Assembly (NCBI GenBank): GCA_030704615.1 | Contig: CM060734.1 | Location: 58,838,001-58,902,000 of the forward strand | Reading direction: 5' to 3' | From: Takakia lepidozioides | Lineage: Eukaryota; Plantae; Bryophyta | DNA length: 64,000 nucleotides | In this document: positions 10,581 to 24,643 of the stretch, piece by piece | How the letters are laid out: each line of letters begins with the position of its first letter | How positions within the stretch are numbered: the first letter of the stretch is position 1 | The notes under the pieces: generated by a model | Seen by the model: the letters and a program-made list of their open reading frames with translations, nothing else | Databases searched by the model: none | What the model was told of the DNA's origin: nothing | Position numbers and translations under genes: made by a program

Positions 10581-13500
10581 TCAATACATTAAGTTTGGTA
10601 GTTTGTTTTGTTTTGTTTTGTTTGGAGAATCATTGAGATCCCAAACCGAAAACCCTCTGCTCGAGGTCTTGATACCGCTGAAAAGCCCTCGATAAATAAG
10701 GACGCATAGAGGCAGTTTCATAGTTTTTGGACCTGCGGTGTGGTGTGGGAGATATTGGATTTCAAGTATATTTTTATCACTAGAAATTCATGAAAAATAG
10801 CAAATTGGGTTTTTCCAGGAGTATAAACGATTTTGTGCTCAACGGCACAGACCACACTAGTGTATCAATATATGAAGCGAGACATTTGTTTGGTTTTGTT
10901 TTCTCACGTTGAGATGTCCCAAACGTGGGGTTGGAAAGCCCTCCACGAGGAGGGATGCACAGGCATGATTTTCGGACCTAGGGTGTGGGAGATATGGAAT
11001 TTCAAGTACTTTGGGTCGCTTGAAATTCACGAGGGACAACGGTTGGAGCTTCGACAGGAGAAATATCAAGGGAAAGGTCTCCGGTTCAAATCAGGTCGTA
11101 GGTTCCGTGAAAAAAAAATGATTAGACTTAGATGACTTGGATGATATTGGACACTTAGGCCAACGGCACAGGCTACCCTAATTAACCCCTAAGGAGTCTT
11201 TTTGGTGGGCCAGCCCCAAAACAGGACTTCCCAAAAGTATACATCCATAGGTATGAACCGTACCAAGTGGTACCTACCTACTACATGTACCTACTGACAA
11301 AATTAGGCGTCACAACTGGTAGATTATAACATTTATATAGGGTGTATTTTGTAAAAACACAGAAATGGAGATGGAGAACTTCAGTTTGACCAAGGTCATT
11401 GGCCACCTTCCTGAATTTTGCTGACTCCACATTTCAGCATGCCACTTTACAGGGTACTCTCCAAATTTCGTGACCACACTACAAAAATTGCATATGCCTC
11501 CTTGGTATGTCCAATAAGAGGGAAACACTCCAAGAAAGGAAAAAGCTGCCTGGAAGGCAGTGTTTTTTATGAAATGAAAATTCCTCTAGTAGAGCCTTCC
11601 TCTATTGCAAGAAGACAAAGAGGAATCCCCCAAAAAAATTGAAAATTTCCAAATCCTCGTGTGTAGATGATAACAATTTCTAGGCCAGGCAATTGTTGCC
11701 GGCCGGTGAACACTTCTGGCAGCCTCTTTTCCGGGGCCATGTCACTAAAACCACGGCGAACCCAAGGCATTTAAGAGGGCAGTGTCCCAAAGCGTGAAGG
11801 CATGCAGCCCGCCGCTCAGCCCATCGCAGCAAACTGACGCCGGTGACCTGCCACGTATAGGTCAACTGCGCTGGCGGGCCCCCAACCATGGATTTTGGGG
11901 TACCCTGCAACCTTTAGAAATTCGTACTTGCCGCAGATTTAGGTTTTTGGGGGTGCCATAAATTTCCCCATGTGCGTGACGATGCAGCGCACACTTTTTG
12001 TTCAAGGCATTTTTTCATCCACTTTCATCCACAAAGAGTTATTCCGTGGATGAAATTGGCAACACGGTCGCTTGGGCCTTTAGGGGTTAAGTTTGGTACT
12101 TTTGTTTTGTTTTGTTTTGTAGCATCCTTGAGATCTCCCAAACTACAAGGCCTCCAACCGGGTTTGAAAGTATTTTTTATCGTTGGAAATTCATGAAAAA
12201 TAACAAATTGGGTTTTTATGGAACATGTGCTCAATGACAGAGACCACACTAGTTGGTTTTATGCTGCACTCTCACTAATGTGGCATGTGTCGTTGAGCAC
12301 ATATTGTACTGTTTATTAAGTACCTACGTATTTACATTTATGACCATGTGTATCAAAAAAACAAATGGAGGGCCAACATTCGAGAACAAATCCAATTTAT
12401 TATTTTTCATCGAGGCTTTCTAGCGGTATTAAGACGTCGGCAAAGGCTTGCGGTTTGGGAGATCTCAACAATGAAACAAAACAAAACAAATTACCTTGCT
12501 TAATATATTGATATTTGTCCCACCCAAATACACTACACCTCTACTACGAGCCTTGCATTTCATGGCTATTTCATCACTCACATCCCTAATCCTCAATAAA
12601 CGTAAGATTGAAAGTGGCCAGCTAGCCACTCTGTGACAAGTTACGGTTCGGATAGAGCCCACCCTTGAAAGGGGGCAATACCCGAAAGGGGGCAATACCC
12701 GCAAGGGGAAGAGGCTCTTATTTACGCTAGCTTCGGTTGGCGTCATATATATATATATATTGATATTTGTCATTTTCCCATGGCGGTAATGTAGGTCTAT
12801 GGCTAACTATCAATATAGCTTATCCCTCAATTGCCCAATGCCACAGTTTGACTTTAAAAAAAAAATAGGGACCACTGGTGTAACTTTTAGAAAATGGATT
12901 TTTAAAGAAATTGACCGCACTTTCTTCCTGCACCCACTTGCCAATTTTCAGGGCAATCATCCCCATATCACACCACCGTTGAATGTGGGACCATTATTGG
13001 GCCCATTGGAGACATGGTATTTTATTGGCGATTTTTTTAGATTTGAGTGACGGGATCAACTCTAATTGAGGCGAGATTAGTAGTGCTTCATGCCCTTTAG
13101 AATCCCTCATCCAACAAGCCAAAAACAACCTAACTTGGCCAACGAACGTAGTGCTGCCACTAGGTCAAACCTGGGCAAGATCCCCTAACCATAACCCTTT
13201 CACACATATGTATGAAGCAATCTTAGCATGAAAAAGAGAGACTTACCTTCATCAAAACTTGACCCCCTTGCTTGCGTGATGAGGCAACTTTGCTTTAACT
13301 CAAAATTAGGGCAATCAGTTGCCCAATCTAGCAGTGCACGACAAGGCCAATGTATGGCACTAATTTCATAAAAATTGAAGCAGATTTGAAAAAGCAATTT
13401 ACATTTAAATAGGCCCCAAAGTACATATTGGGCCTGGTGGGCAGCTTAAGGGTTGGGTGGTTTGTTTGCTTGTTTGTTTGTTTGTTTTTGTAGCGTCGTT

Positions 13501-14519
13501 GAGATCTCCCAAACTGCAGGAACTCAACCCTGATTCTAGATACTGCTATAAAGCCCTCGATGAGTAGGGGATGTATCGAGGGCGGTTTCATAATTATCTT
13601 TGGAGCTGCGGTGTGGGAGACATTGAATTTCAAGTCTTTTTTATCACTAGAAACTCATGGAAAGTAGTAAATTGGAATTTTCTGGAATATTGACGTCTAC
13701 AATATTGTTTGTAGCGTTATTGAAATCTCCCAAGTCGCAAGGCCTTCACCTGGGTTCTTGATACCAATGGAAAGCCCTCGAGGAGTACGGGTGCATGGAG
13801 GTGATTTCATAATTTTTGAATCTACGTGCAGTGTTCTTATTTCTGGTGAAACTTTGCATTTTTTTCGACCTGCAAAAAAAAGAATATTCTGTCAGAAATT
13901 CCCTATTTTCTCATGGATGAAATCGCCAAACCTCCAGATAAAATATAAATCTTGGATGAATTTGCTGAATATGGATGAAAATACAGTGGAGGATGATTCT
14001 ATCCAAATTTCAGTGGATGAACAGAAAATCTGGTTATTTCGTGCAAAACTCAATAGCCACTCTTGTTATTTTCCAAATTTCAAAAGAAAAACACTGTCTA
14101 CGTGTGGGAGATCTTGAATTTCAATTACTTTTTTCGTAACTGGAGTTCAATTAAAAAATAAAAAATTGGGTTTTTCTGCAATATTAGTGTGAAAAATACT
14201 GAATGTCAAATATTTTTTGTCATTGTATAGTCATGAAACTTGAATATGTGCTCAACAACACTGCACTAGTCAATATATTGAGCAAGGTAGTTTGTTTTGT
14301 AAAGTTGTTGAGGTCTCGGCATCCACCCATGGTCTTGATACCGTTGGAAAGCCCTCGAAGAGTAGGGGTGCATCGATTCGGTTTCACAATTTTTGGACCT
14401 GTTGTGTGAGAGATATTGAATTTCAAGTATTTATGTAAATAGAAATTCATGAAAAATTGGATTTTTCTGGAATATAAAATGACTGTACAATATGTACTCA
14501 ATGGCACATACCTCACTAT
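10581..14519. mobile_element. Cluster of short non-autonomous Helitrons (~250-320 bp)
   Basis: 5' TCAATAT.. and 3' TGTGC-N6-GCACA hairpin plus CTRR, inserted at A|T: 10581-10860, 10865-11181, ..12252, inverted ~12274-12510, ..14269 head-to-tail with 14270-14519. Shared GAAAGCCCTCGA core also at 13460-13830. Confidence 0.75.
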
Positions 14520-16870
14520 ATGGGCATAAACTTACTAACTGCAATTGAAAATGCCTCATACCATTGTCAATTGTTCTTTACTCAATTCTTCCAGTTGCTC
14601 AATTATGCTCCACACCACTTATTGAAAATCCAACCCAACTCCTGCTGTTCACCAACTAACACTTTCAATGAGATTTGTTTTTTTTTAAAGAAAAAAGAAC
14701 AGGGGACATGAGATTTTATATTCTAGAATGTACATTTCTTCATGTTTCTGGATATGTAGTTGTTTATGTAGATTATACACTATTCAGCCCATGTATGGAA
14801 CTATTTGTACCCTATTTTTCTTTCACACATGAGCTTGAGGTATAAAAATTTGTCAAGTTGTCAATTTTTATATCTTCTTTATATTAAGTATAATATTATT
14901 CCATCCTCAAATCCATATAATTTCTTGTGCATGAAAATTGGTTTTCGCAAAGGGTTTGATGTACATCCCATGTGTAAATTATTCATGACTGATTACGTAT
15001 ATTAATTAACTTTTCTACATCCCTTAATTTGTGGTTTCACTTATGTTGCTCTGATCGCAAAGATAAATTTAACTAGCAATATACATATATTGACAAAATA
15101 ATTTATAAGTGTCAGAATGAGAACAAACTATGAATTTTGAAGTTTACATTTTGCCTTGCCAACAACATCGTTGAGAGAATGCATGATCGTTTAGAACTAA
15201 ATGTGCGGAGTCAAATACATTATATAGTGGATCGGAAATTAAATACTTTGAGAGAGAAATTGATGAAGAGACATATGATGGATGACTTTTTGGTATGGGC
15301 TAAGCCTTGCCTTCATAGCTTGGCCGACGAGATTTTGTCGTATGCTTTGCACATTTAATCGTGATTTAACCCATCTACCAAATCTCTGAAGTGCTAGGGG
15401 GAGGGCAATGCTGAAGTGATGAACATCGGGTGAATATATTTATTGGCTCTGTCCTTTGGGCACAGACTTTGCATCATGTTCAAGTCAATGGAGAAAATGT
15501 GGTCAAAGGACCTTACACCGTGTCAAGTGTATGATTGGTCTAAAAAAGCTCTTAGGTATAAACCACGAGGCAGCTTGTGAAAATTGTTGCTTCAATGGAC
15601 AGAGCCTCTTGCAGCTTGTTAGGGATGGAACATTCATTAAAGATTTATACACGAAGCTATGATTTTTTTTAAGAAATAATTTTGAAGTTTAACAAATTGT
15701 ACAATATTTGTATTCTAGAATTTATACGTCAAAATCAGTACCATTGTCGTAACTCTTTTTTACCCTTGTTAAGGAGTCCATAGTTAAGGAGTTACACCAA
15801 AAATCTTGTCCAACACATCTGAAACACTGGGAGAAAGTGGCCAACATGATGAGGCATGTCACTTCTTATGGAATTGTTTTCCAATTGATGTATGTACCCA
15901 TATAGGATTTTCCATAACATTTGTGAAGCTTTTTCCTACTCTGTACTAAGTCTGTAGAGGCAGTTGCGAAACCTTTTGTTCTCACCAAAATGTGATAAGA
16001 TTCTAATTTCTGTGGCCAAAAGCCATGAAATTGTAGGGGAAGATAGGGAATAGAGTTACCAACATGATTCAGCGGTCAGGTTTTGTAGATCTGAGTATGT
16101 TTTTAGTTATGAATAAAAAGGTGGCCAGAGGTGCAAATTTTGCAGTCTAAGGGCCAGGCCGCACCTGCCGGGTTAAGGAGCCGAAGAGGTTAGTAACAAG
16201 GCATTTTGGATTGGCGGGTTTTCAGGAAAACGGCAGTGCATTGACCCCCAACCTCCTTTAACCTGACGCCGCACCTACCGGCTATAGAACCGATGCGAAA
16301 AAAATCTCATCACTCGGGCGTTCATCCATCGCGCACACTTTATCTTGGGAACGTGTAATAGAACCATTCGTGCACAGGAGGGGAACATACAGGATGGCAC
16401 CGCAGTGCTGCTGCCAATTTTGCAAAATCCCCCGCAGGTTTAGCTCGAATTCGCAAGGGTTCATAATTCCGTCAGCGCTTCATCGTGGAGGCTGTTCTCA
16501 ACCTCCCATGGGGACACCAAGTTAAGACCTGCGTAAAGTCCAGGCTGAGTTTGGGTCTTTGAACAATTGAAGCAGAAATTGTCCCGCTTTGAGCATCTAG
16601 TTTCAAGAAGACTTGTGGCTGGAAGTCCCGTCCTTCCATTCCATGTTAATTCTACCTCTGGTCTGAACCTTGGTATCTATCCTATCTTAAAGGAATTGCT
16701 CTTGCCTCAAGCATCACCACCTTCTGTGACTGCACTGGCACTGTTTGATAAACAATATACTAGAATTGTAACCATTGCCACGGGCAGCCCACTAACACTG
16801 AGGACTGTCATATACAATGCAAGGATGATGGGCCAAAATTGGGTAGGTCTCAAGCAAAGAGGGAAGAACA

Positions 16871-16912
16871 CATCAACCTTCATTAATTCTCGAATCTGCT
16901 TTGGTGTGGCAA
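16871..16912 (-). pseudogene. Second HHO fragment (GARP helix exon, truncated)
   Basis: cag|VATPKQIRELMKVD, after which homology stops. Confidence 0.85.
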
Positions 16913-17227
16913 CTGAACAAAACAACACAACAGTTCAATCAAAGGACCCAATATCATTGACCCTAGAGGTTTCCTCATGAAGGAACAAACCACAAGTCAA
17001 TGGAAACTATGTTTCATTGAAGCAAATTGCATATTTAGAGTAAAACTCTAGACTTACATTTCAAGGGGCCCATAAAAGAGGAAGATGAGACCACAAAAAA
17101 GTTCTTTACAATCTTAAAGGATATGCTAGTTCAACTATTACCAAAATAAATCTAGTAATTAAGTTCTAGTATTGACAATGACTCAAGTCAATCGATAATT
17201 GACAGTCGACGGCAATCTTGCAGTATA

Positions 17228-17570
17228 TCACAAGCTTACTTGTGGGGAGCTCTGGGTCTGGGAGGCAGATTGTTGTGGTTCAAAGTAGGGAGGGTGGTGC
17301 ATGTGGAGAGGACCTCCACTTTTCCCTTTGTTCACACCAGAGAAATACTCTTCAGGGAGAGAAGGTTGGCAAACGGTGTGACTGTTGGGTGGGGATGTTG
17401 GACTCGAAGTCATAAGGGCCCCCTATAGATGGCTGAGTGGCTGCCACTGCAGCCTTCGCATACTCTGGTGGTACCCAAATCCCCACTAGCACGACCAACT
17501 GTGGTGTTAGCTGAGGTGCTCCTGTTTGTGGAGATAGGCTAAGTGGTCTTCGGGTATGCAGCCTATATTT
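17228..17570 (-). pseudogene. Exon fragment of an HRS1/HHO (NIGT1) GARP-G2 transcription factor
   Basis: cag|KYRLHTRRP..PQLVVLVGIWVPPEY. Confidence 0.85.
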
Positions 17571-17862
17571 CTGCACAACAGATAAGTCCACTGCACATTG
17601 TTAGTTCTAATGAACAGCATAAGTGATTTGATATATAGAGAAGCCCTAAATTGATTTGAAGTTGATATAGAAGAAAACAAAGTTATTGTCCTTGCATGGT
17701 GCCAGGTGTAGGAAACTGGGGCTGACAGAGACCTCAATGGTAACATCAGCAATTGATATAATCTGTCATATGTGAGCATGGCCTAAATTGAGCGTTGGGA
17801 CGGACTGTACTGTGGATGGAAGAAAGGAATACCTGTAGATGGCTCTTGACTTCATCATTTGC

Positions 17863-17925
17863 CTGTGTGAAGACTTTGAATTCACCTTCGGAATGATACC
17901 AGTAAGGCAGTTACTGCTAACATCG
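17863..17925 (-). pseudogene. Single LRR-exon-like fragment
   Basis: cag|DVSSNCLTGIIP fits the plant LRR DLSxNxLxGxIP; very short. Confidence 0.4.
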
Positions 17926-18535
17926 CTGCATTGATCACCACAAGGACAAACCATTAAGGTTACCTCATTTCAATAATCATGGTAGACGATACTTGCTAGA
18001 AGAATCCATTGTTGCCCATTTCGCGACAACACCACAGAAAGAGACAAGGCAACAACATCTATGCAGTGACAAAGAAACTACTTCATGGTTGCATTTCCAG
18101 TTGCACCTTGAATTGGCAACTCAACTGTATAGCATGTGCCTAGTAGGTTTGTCTATGGCTCTGCAACAACCGCAATCAAGATGACGCGAAAGATGACAGC
18201 ATGCGATGTACCTTGCAGGTGGAGTTTGGTGTGTGTGAGTGATGTTCCTTGCAGGTGGCATTTTCTCTTCAGAATATCTTCCCCGACCTCAGCGAAGCCC
18301 TCCAAGCACTGCGCTGTGGGGATTGCCAATTGAGAACCTTGAGGGGAACAACGAATGTTGTGAATTGAAAACGCCGATATCCGTCGAAGTTCTCCCAAAT
18401 GGACCTCTAAACGTACAGTAGTTACCCCCCATTACCCCCTATCGCCTCCGGTCAAGCATGCTGGACAGGCCCGGACATGGTTCGTAACCACTCCGCTATG
18501 TGCGGCCCTGGTTAAGGAAAATCTGGCTGGTAGTA

Positions 18536-19029
18536 CACGTCTCAGAATTTTGTGTGGCCTCGTCGTAATGAGGCCACACGGTGTAGAGGGGACAGGGACT
18601 TGACAGTGGCCCTGCTACATTAAAAGGATCCCTATTCCTTTGTTTCTCTTAACTTATATATCGAAAAAATTGCAAATCGTTGGCATGGCAGAGGTTGTGG
18701 TCTGGTGGTAGGTCGATGGTGCTGTGGCGATGTGCAGATCATGGGTTCCAATCCGTGAACGTGGTTTCAGTGGTTGGCGCATATTGAAACTTCTTCCATG
18801 GAGGTGGTGTGCAACTACTCTCATGCAGGTAGTACAGCTTGGTTTTGCAACTACCTTCATGTAGAAAATCCTAAAACTACCTGCATGGAGGTAGTTGTAA
18901 AATTCATATGCCAAAAAAATTCTAAGTCCTTGACGCATGAAGGTAGTTTGCTCCTATATTAATGAGACGGCCTGACGGTCGTCTGACCAGCCTCATTACG
19001 ACGAGGCCACACAAAATTCTGAGCCGTAG
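18536..19029. mobile_element. MITE (~490 bp)
   Basis: 33-bp perfect inverted repeat 18541-18573 / 18991-19023; probable TA TSD. Confidence 0.85.
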
Positions 19030-19039
19030 TAATAAGGGT

Positions 19040-22000
19040 GGAAAAAGCTGTAGGCCTTCAAGGGTTAAACAGTGTTGTGCAAAACGGGGAATCCTCACCT
19101 AGACAGAAGGGGCCATGCCACTCTGAACTCTGTGGGTTGCAAAGGGGGAGTGAGGAGATGGAGGCCAAAGCTTGTGTCGGATGGCTTCCGGTGGTATTGC
19201 ATCAGAAGAATGGTGTTGTGAAGAGAATTTGGAATGTCAATGTAGCACAGCATTTGGAGCTGCAGCGGGTGCGGATGCCGATGCGGTGGGCTGCACCATG
19301 TCGCTCTCCTCGCACGGCTTCCAGTTTTTGCCTCATGCAAGGTTTGAATGCTTTGTTTGGCCTGACCAGTGCATTTATTTTCCCCTTGTCTCCATCTGTG
19401 TAGATATGGGTCTATGTGCAGAGCATGACTGCGTGGTTGTTTGGGTTCTCACTTACATGCGTCTCTCTGTCTAATGCAAGAATTTGGACTGGGTTGTTCG
19501 TAGCATTTCGATGGGATTTCCGCCTTCTCTGCTATTCGGTCTGTCATTTTGACTCCTTGCAGCCCTGTGGGTTGCACAGGTTCCACTGGTAACGACGTGG
19601 AGGACTTGGAGAGGAAACACAAGTTGGTCTTCGAGGATGGATTCACCTTACTCCCAAAATTTTGGAGGGAGGAGGAGTTTCAAGGTGTAGCTAAACAGCT
19701 CAGAGAAGGTTTGTTATTGGGCGCCCATCAAGCGCGGCTGCTGGAGAGGTTGGTAGCACCAGGCGTCTGTGTGCTTGCCCACCACCGTCTGCTGCATCCA
19801 CCGGGTCTCCATTGCACCGATGCTGCCACTTCACCTGAACCATGGTGGGATCAGTTGTGGCAGGTGTGTTGCCCCCACATTGTCATCTTGTTTCATCCTG
19901 TCTGTGTGGGTTCATTGGGAGTTCAGATGAAACTTTGGAGAAACATACAAATAAAAAGAGTCCTCCTAAATTGCTGCATCAAGAGAAAGTAAGAGGAACT
20001 TTTAGAGAGTGCAGAAAAGTATAAGGACAATTGCTAATCGAACAGCATTAAATCACTGATGTGGTGCATTTAAGTCCTTGTAGCAACTAAAGCTCTGCAT
20101 TCACAGGGAACTCAGCAATTTTGAGGTGTGTGCATGTGAATACAGCCAGGTGGAGGGCCTGGAGGTTGATGAATGTCAAGAGCTGCATGCCCCTTCCTGG
20201 ACTGCAACTCTTGTCGTGTGTTTCTCAGGTTTGCTTCAGGCTGAAACAATCTTATGATACACATTTGTTATAGAGATGTAAGTTTTAGATTGTGGATCAT
20301 CTCGACACATCATATGCAGAAGTGCCTTGGTGAACGTATTTGAGAAAGAAGAAGAGAAAACACAAGTTGCAGACAAGATTTCCAAGAGAACATCTAGAGC
20401 TGGGTACGAGAGAGAAGTAGAGTGGCAGAAGAAAAGGGCAGGTTGGATGTGACGTTCCACTTGGATGTGACAGGTCAGAGTGGGGAGCGGAAATGTGGGG
20501 GCATAGCAGTTTACCCTAGGAGTCATTGGCTCATACATGACTGGATATTGGCAGTGGCTGCTCAAAAAGCTTCCCCATCATTGCCTCAACCACTTGATGT
20601 TCCTGCTGCTGCCCCTCTTGAGGTTAATGCTCCACCCACCTCTCCTCCTTTGCCTTACATGATGCTGTATTCTCACTGCCATACTTGTCCTTAACAGAAT
20701 CCTAACTCTTTCAATAAAACATAGAGACCATAAGCAAGCAAACCCCTCTGAAGAGTGACGCTTTTGCTATTTGGGTTATGTGTTAGCCAATAATGAATCA
20801 AGGGGTGCAGTTGGAGCTGGGGTGTGGGGATGCGGCACTGCTGCACCCTTGGTTGGCGCACACAGTAGCACCCAATGTATCCTCGAATGCTGCAGATCTC
20901 CTGATAATGCAGCTGCAGACACCCCTGCCAAACCCTATCTCTTCAAGGTGATTCTGTCGTTACTTGTACCTATCCTGTACCCTAATTAAGGCACTGTAGG
21001 AAGGAATCATGTGGTGGCTGCAAGAGAAAGTCCCTAAAAACAATTGCAAGAATTCAGGCCTTATGCCGAGAACTCAGTTTTCACTTGTGTATATGGCATG
21101 TGACCATACACTGCTGCATTACTTCGAAATTGTACCAATGTGTCGAGTGGTTATTGAAGCCTGATTACTTCATGAGGCTTCTTCATGTCTGATCGGTTTT
21201 TACCAACCTTGGTATCTTGTTTGTATCAGAAGGGAGTTATTTTGGAGGCAGTTGGAATAGAGACAGACACACATATCCACATCGTCTTGTTTGGGGGTTG
21301 GAATTTCTTGCTAGATCAATGTGCCCTCATGTAGAGAGTGTACTGAGGGAGCTCGTGTATCTTGAGAGCAGAAGTGGGGGCAAGGACATGTGGAGGGGGT
21401 GGCATGCAATGGTAAATTATGTCAGCCAGGGACCCCCCAGTATGCAGACAGAGCAGGATGAGCTGCAGGAAGAGGAGGTCAAGAGTTGGCAAGGGGGATG
21501 GGCAACCTCCATGGAAGCCATGTCGTCAGAGCTGCCCAGCCTGCCATTTGCTGTAACCTCGTTTGTTGCTCCTCGTGACCTCTTGGCCTGGCAGCTCCGG
21601 ACTTGTGTCGATGAGCTTATGAAAGGTGCTATACTTGTATGCTAAACTTCTAGTTGCATACTGTAGGTTCTAATCACTCGCCAGATTTGTTAAATTCGTT
21701 GTACATCACTGTCAATATTTTCCATCCAATTATCCCTCAATGTTGTCAGTTTAAGGTCCTGAACAATGTCTCGCCTAGGACCAGCGGAAGGGGAGGTTTG
21801 TATGGTAGATGTAGTGTTTCTATTTTTGGCCAATTCATCGGTTTGCTCATGATCGCTTGTGTGCTGCCCTTTCTCTTGGGTGCCAGAAGGTAACCATAAC
21901 CTGTTAGGGAGCCTCCCATTCGTTGCCAAGGGATTCACTGTGTACTTGTGTGGGACCCAGCTTCTCATTCAGGGTTGTTTCTGAACATAGATATCGGAAA

Positions 22001-23820
22001 TGTGCAGATGAAAGATGGAATGAGGCAATGCCTATGCTGCAGCGATTGGCAGGCCTGCATCCCTGGTCTTACTTGACGGTTTTCCAGGTACATTGCATTT
22101 GGCTTTCCAGTCTTGCAAATGTTTGGAGCCTAAGTCCCTACATCTTGTGGGGACACCTGGCATTTGCTGCTAGGATATGGAGATATAGCTTCATAATTTG
22201 GACTAGAAGAATGTTCTGTGTCATATCTTATGCCTTTGTCACCATTCCTACATAACCCCTCTCCCGATTCCTCCTTTCTAGGTGATTCTTTGTATGGGTA
22301 ATATTGTGCCATAAGCACTTTGTGCTTTTGGTGGATGTTGTAAAGCTCCTTGTTTTCTCCTCCTTTTATTCTGTCTGAGTATGGAATCTGAAGAACCATT
22401 CTTGAGTTTTGGAGAGTTTTAAAGATCAAATGTTTGATTCCACAATAGGAAGTTTTCTCGAGAAGATCTGCATAGCCTGAAGCAATTGTTTGTACCATAG
22501 GAAGTCCCACTAGTGAGGCATGCATTCTGGAATGGTAGTGCGCCCATTCTATATTTCCTCTTTCTCTTCCCCCACCTTTTCTGATTCATCAAATTTGACT
22601 TGGAGTCTATGGCAAGGTGGTGATGGCAAGAAAATTAAATTAGTACATCTCCCTTGCTCTGTTTGTGGACTTCATCTGTTGGCTAAAGACTCCATTGTCT
22701 ATAGCAGGCAGGGCAGTGCTGCATACGAAATGCACCAGCAGGCCAACTAGGAGGACGTGCAGGCAGGAAGTCCATGTTGGAAGATGGGGAACGCTTTCTG
22801 CTTCGGGCCATTGAGGTAAACCCACCTCACTTCCTTATCTTCCCCACAATGCTTAGGTTCTGAGCCCCTATCATTGTTTGTTTGCTGGGGGCCTTTCAAC
22901 CCTGCAGCTGAGTAATACCCTGTTACAACCCTCTTATTATTTGTGGCTCTCTTGCGATGATGCAACTACTACGGGTTAGGCTGGGTATGTCCAACAACCT
23001 TGTCTTCACTCTTTAAGACAACCTTTTTATCTCTTGAGCCATGGATGTGACATGCAGATGGAGGGAAAGGAAACTTTTCCTGTCAGATCAGCAAGTTTTA
23101 AGCTGGGGTTTATAATAGCTGGTCAGAGTGGGGAGTCCTTTCTATATTGTATTTGGTACGTTATTTGGGTATATACTAATAATGTGTGCTGTAATGGATG
23201 AAACAGATGGCTCCTGGTTGGCCCCTTGCATACTCTGAACTAGCGAAGTCCCTCCTTCTTATGGTACACCCCTTCTAAATGATCCTCTTCTGAAAATACA
23301 TTTTTGATTGCAGTATCCAAGCCACCTTTTTAATTGATACTGGCTTTACATACACATTGTAAGCAGAGTTCTTTTTTCTGGCCAAAAATCACCAGATTTT
23401 TTTCGACGTGGAAAATGGGTCAGCTACGAAGGAATTATAAGGGTAAAAATTGAAAAATTCGCAGAAAGTGCCAGTAGTTGAATATCAGGAGCCTGTCTTT
23501 GTCTACGTGGACCTGTTAAACCTGTTAAAACGGACCACCTGTTACCACTTTTCTAACCCTGCCACCTTGTTATTCTCGCCATGTGGCCCCTGCAGCAATT
23601 TTGGAAAAATGGAGACAGAAATACTGATTGTAAGGCTTGACAGGGGCGAGGAAGGGAGCTGGAGATTACAGATGTGGTGGTTAATATGAGGAACAAGTGT
23701 GACCTGGAGAAACTGTGCTGGCGGTATCCTGAGGCATCAGTTGATTTGCAAAGAAGTTGGGACATGTGTGATGCCATGCTGTCTTCCTCAAATGATGACC
23801 AAGAATTGCGAAGCTGAGCA
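19040..23820 (+). other. Unidentified multi-exon gene or pseudogene
   Basis: Several coding-like segments bounded by AG/GT (~19580-19863, ~20107-20228, ~21430-21625, ~21974-22087, ~23644-23817); in-frame stops in some; family not recognised. Confidence 0.35.
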
Positions 23821-24643
23821 GTTTTTAGTATGTTGCAATCACGCGAGAGAGCACCTGTAGTTTTTCTTATGTGGAATTCTTATTCATTGTGTTCAAATGC
23901 AGAATAAAGATGACTACTCTGTGCTTGTATACAGCACTAAAAATTTAGTCTCAAAACGGAAGTAATCAAAGTCATATTCCATTGATTGTCAAATTAGAGA
24001 AAGTATGCATACTGATATATAACAGCACCTCAAAGTATGACCTAGTTGTCACAGTGGGTGCAGATCTTGTGCAAGACCTGGTGTTTTGGAAAGGGGTTGT
24101 TTTTTAATTGGTTTTGACAAAAACGTTACAGCTTTGTCACTAATGAAAATCTACCATCTGTAACTACCTGCATTACAAGATGATTTCACCCTCATCACCT
24201 GAAGACTGCTTGTAGTAAAAGATGATGCCACTCTTTGCTCAATGCACACATGGTTAAAAAACAGACTGCTAAAGAGAGAGAAACAGAGAGGCAGGGAGAA
24301 TTCGTAAGGGTTTGACTTGGCACTGGCACTAGCATGGATTCATCGCTTGATCCGCATACTGAACCATAACCCTGCACATTATGAAACAGTCACTGAATCT
24401 GAGTACAGAATACCAGGCATACAAGTAAATGCTTTGGTCACATCATATTGCAATTCTTGCTAGTTAAAAAGTGGTGGCTCAGAGCAAAATCATTTGAAGA
24501 AATGATCCAGTGTCAAACAATAAGCCATTTTACAGAGACATCATTAGACAGCATGGAGACTTGGCCACTGTCACTAGTCACTACCTTGGAATGAGACTGC
24601 AATGAAGACAAAGGCTTGGTGTCAATTCATCATACACATGCTA

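Larger units (their letters stand above)
16151..18514. mobile_element. Putative TIR (Pack-type) element carrying gene fragments
   Basis: Imperfect inverted ends CCAGGCCGCACCTGCCGG (16154) and CCGCTATGTGCGGCCCTGG (18493-18511); repeated GTTAAGGA motifs; interior holds unrelated exon pieces. TSD not clear. Confidence 0.45.

Noticed and set aside
15137-15662. Short ORFs in AT-rich DNA
   Set aside because: No motif or splice structure that I can support.
16258-18515. piggyBac element (TTAA..CC / GG..TTAA)
   Set aside because: The TTAA is part of a repeated GTTAAGGA motif, the TIRs are imperfect and there is no transposase.
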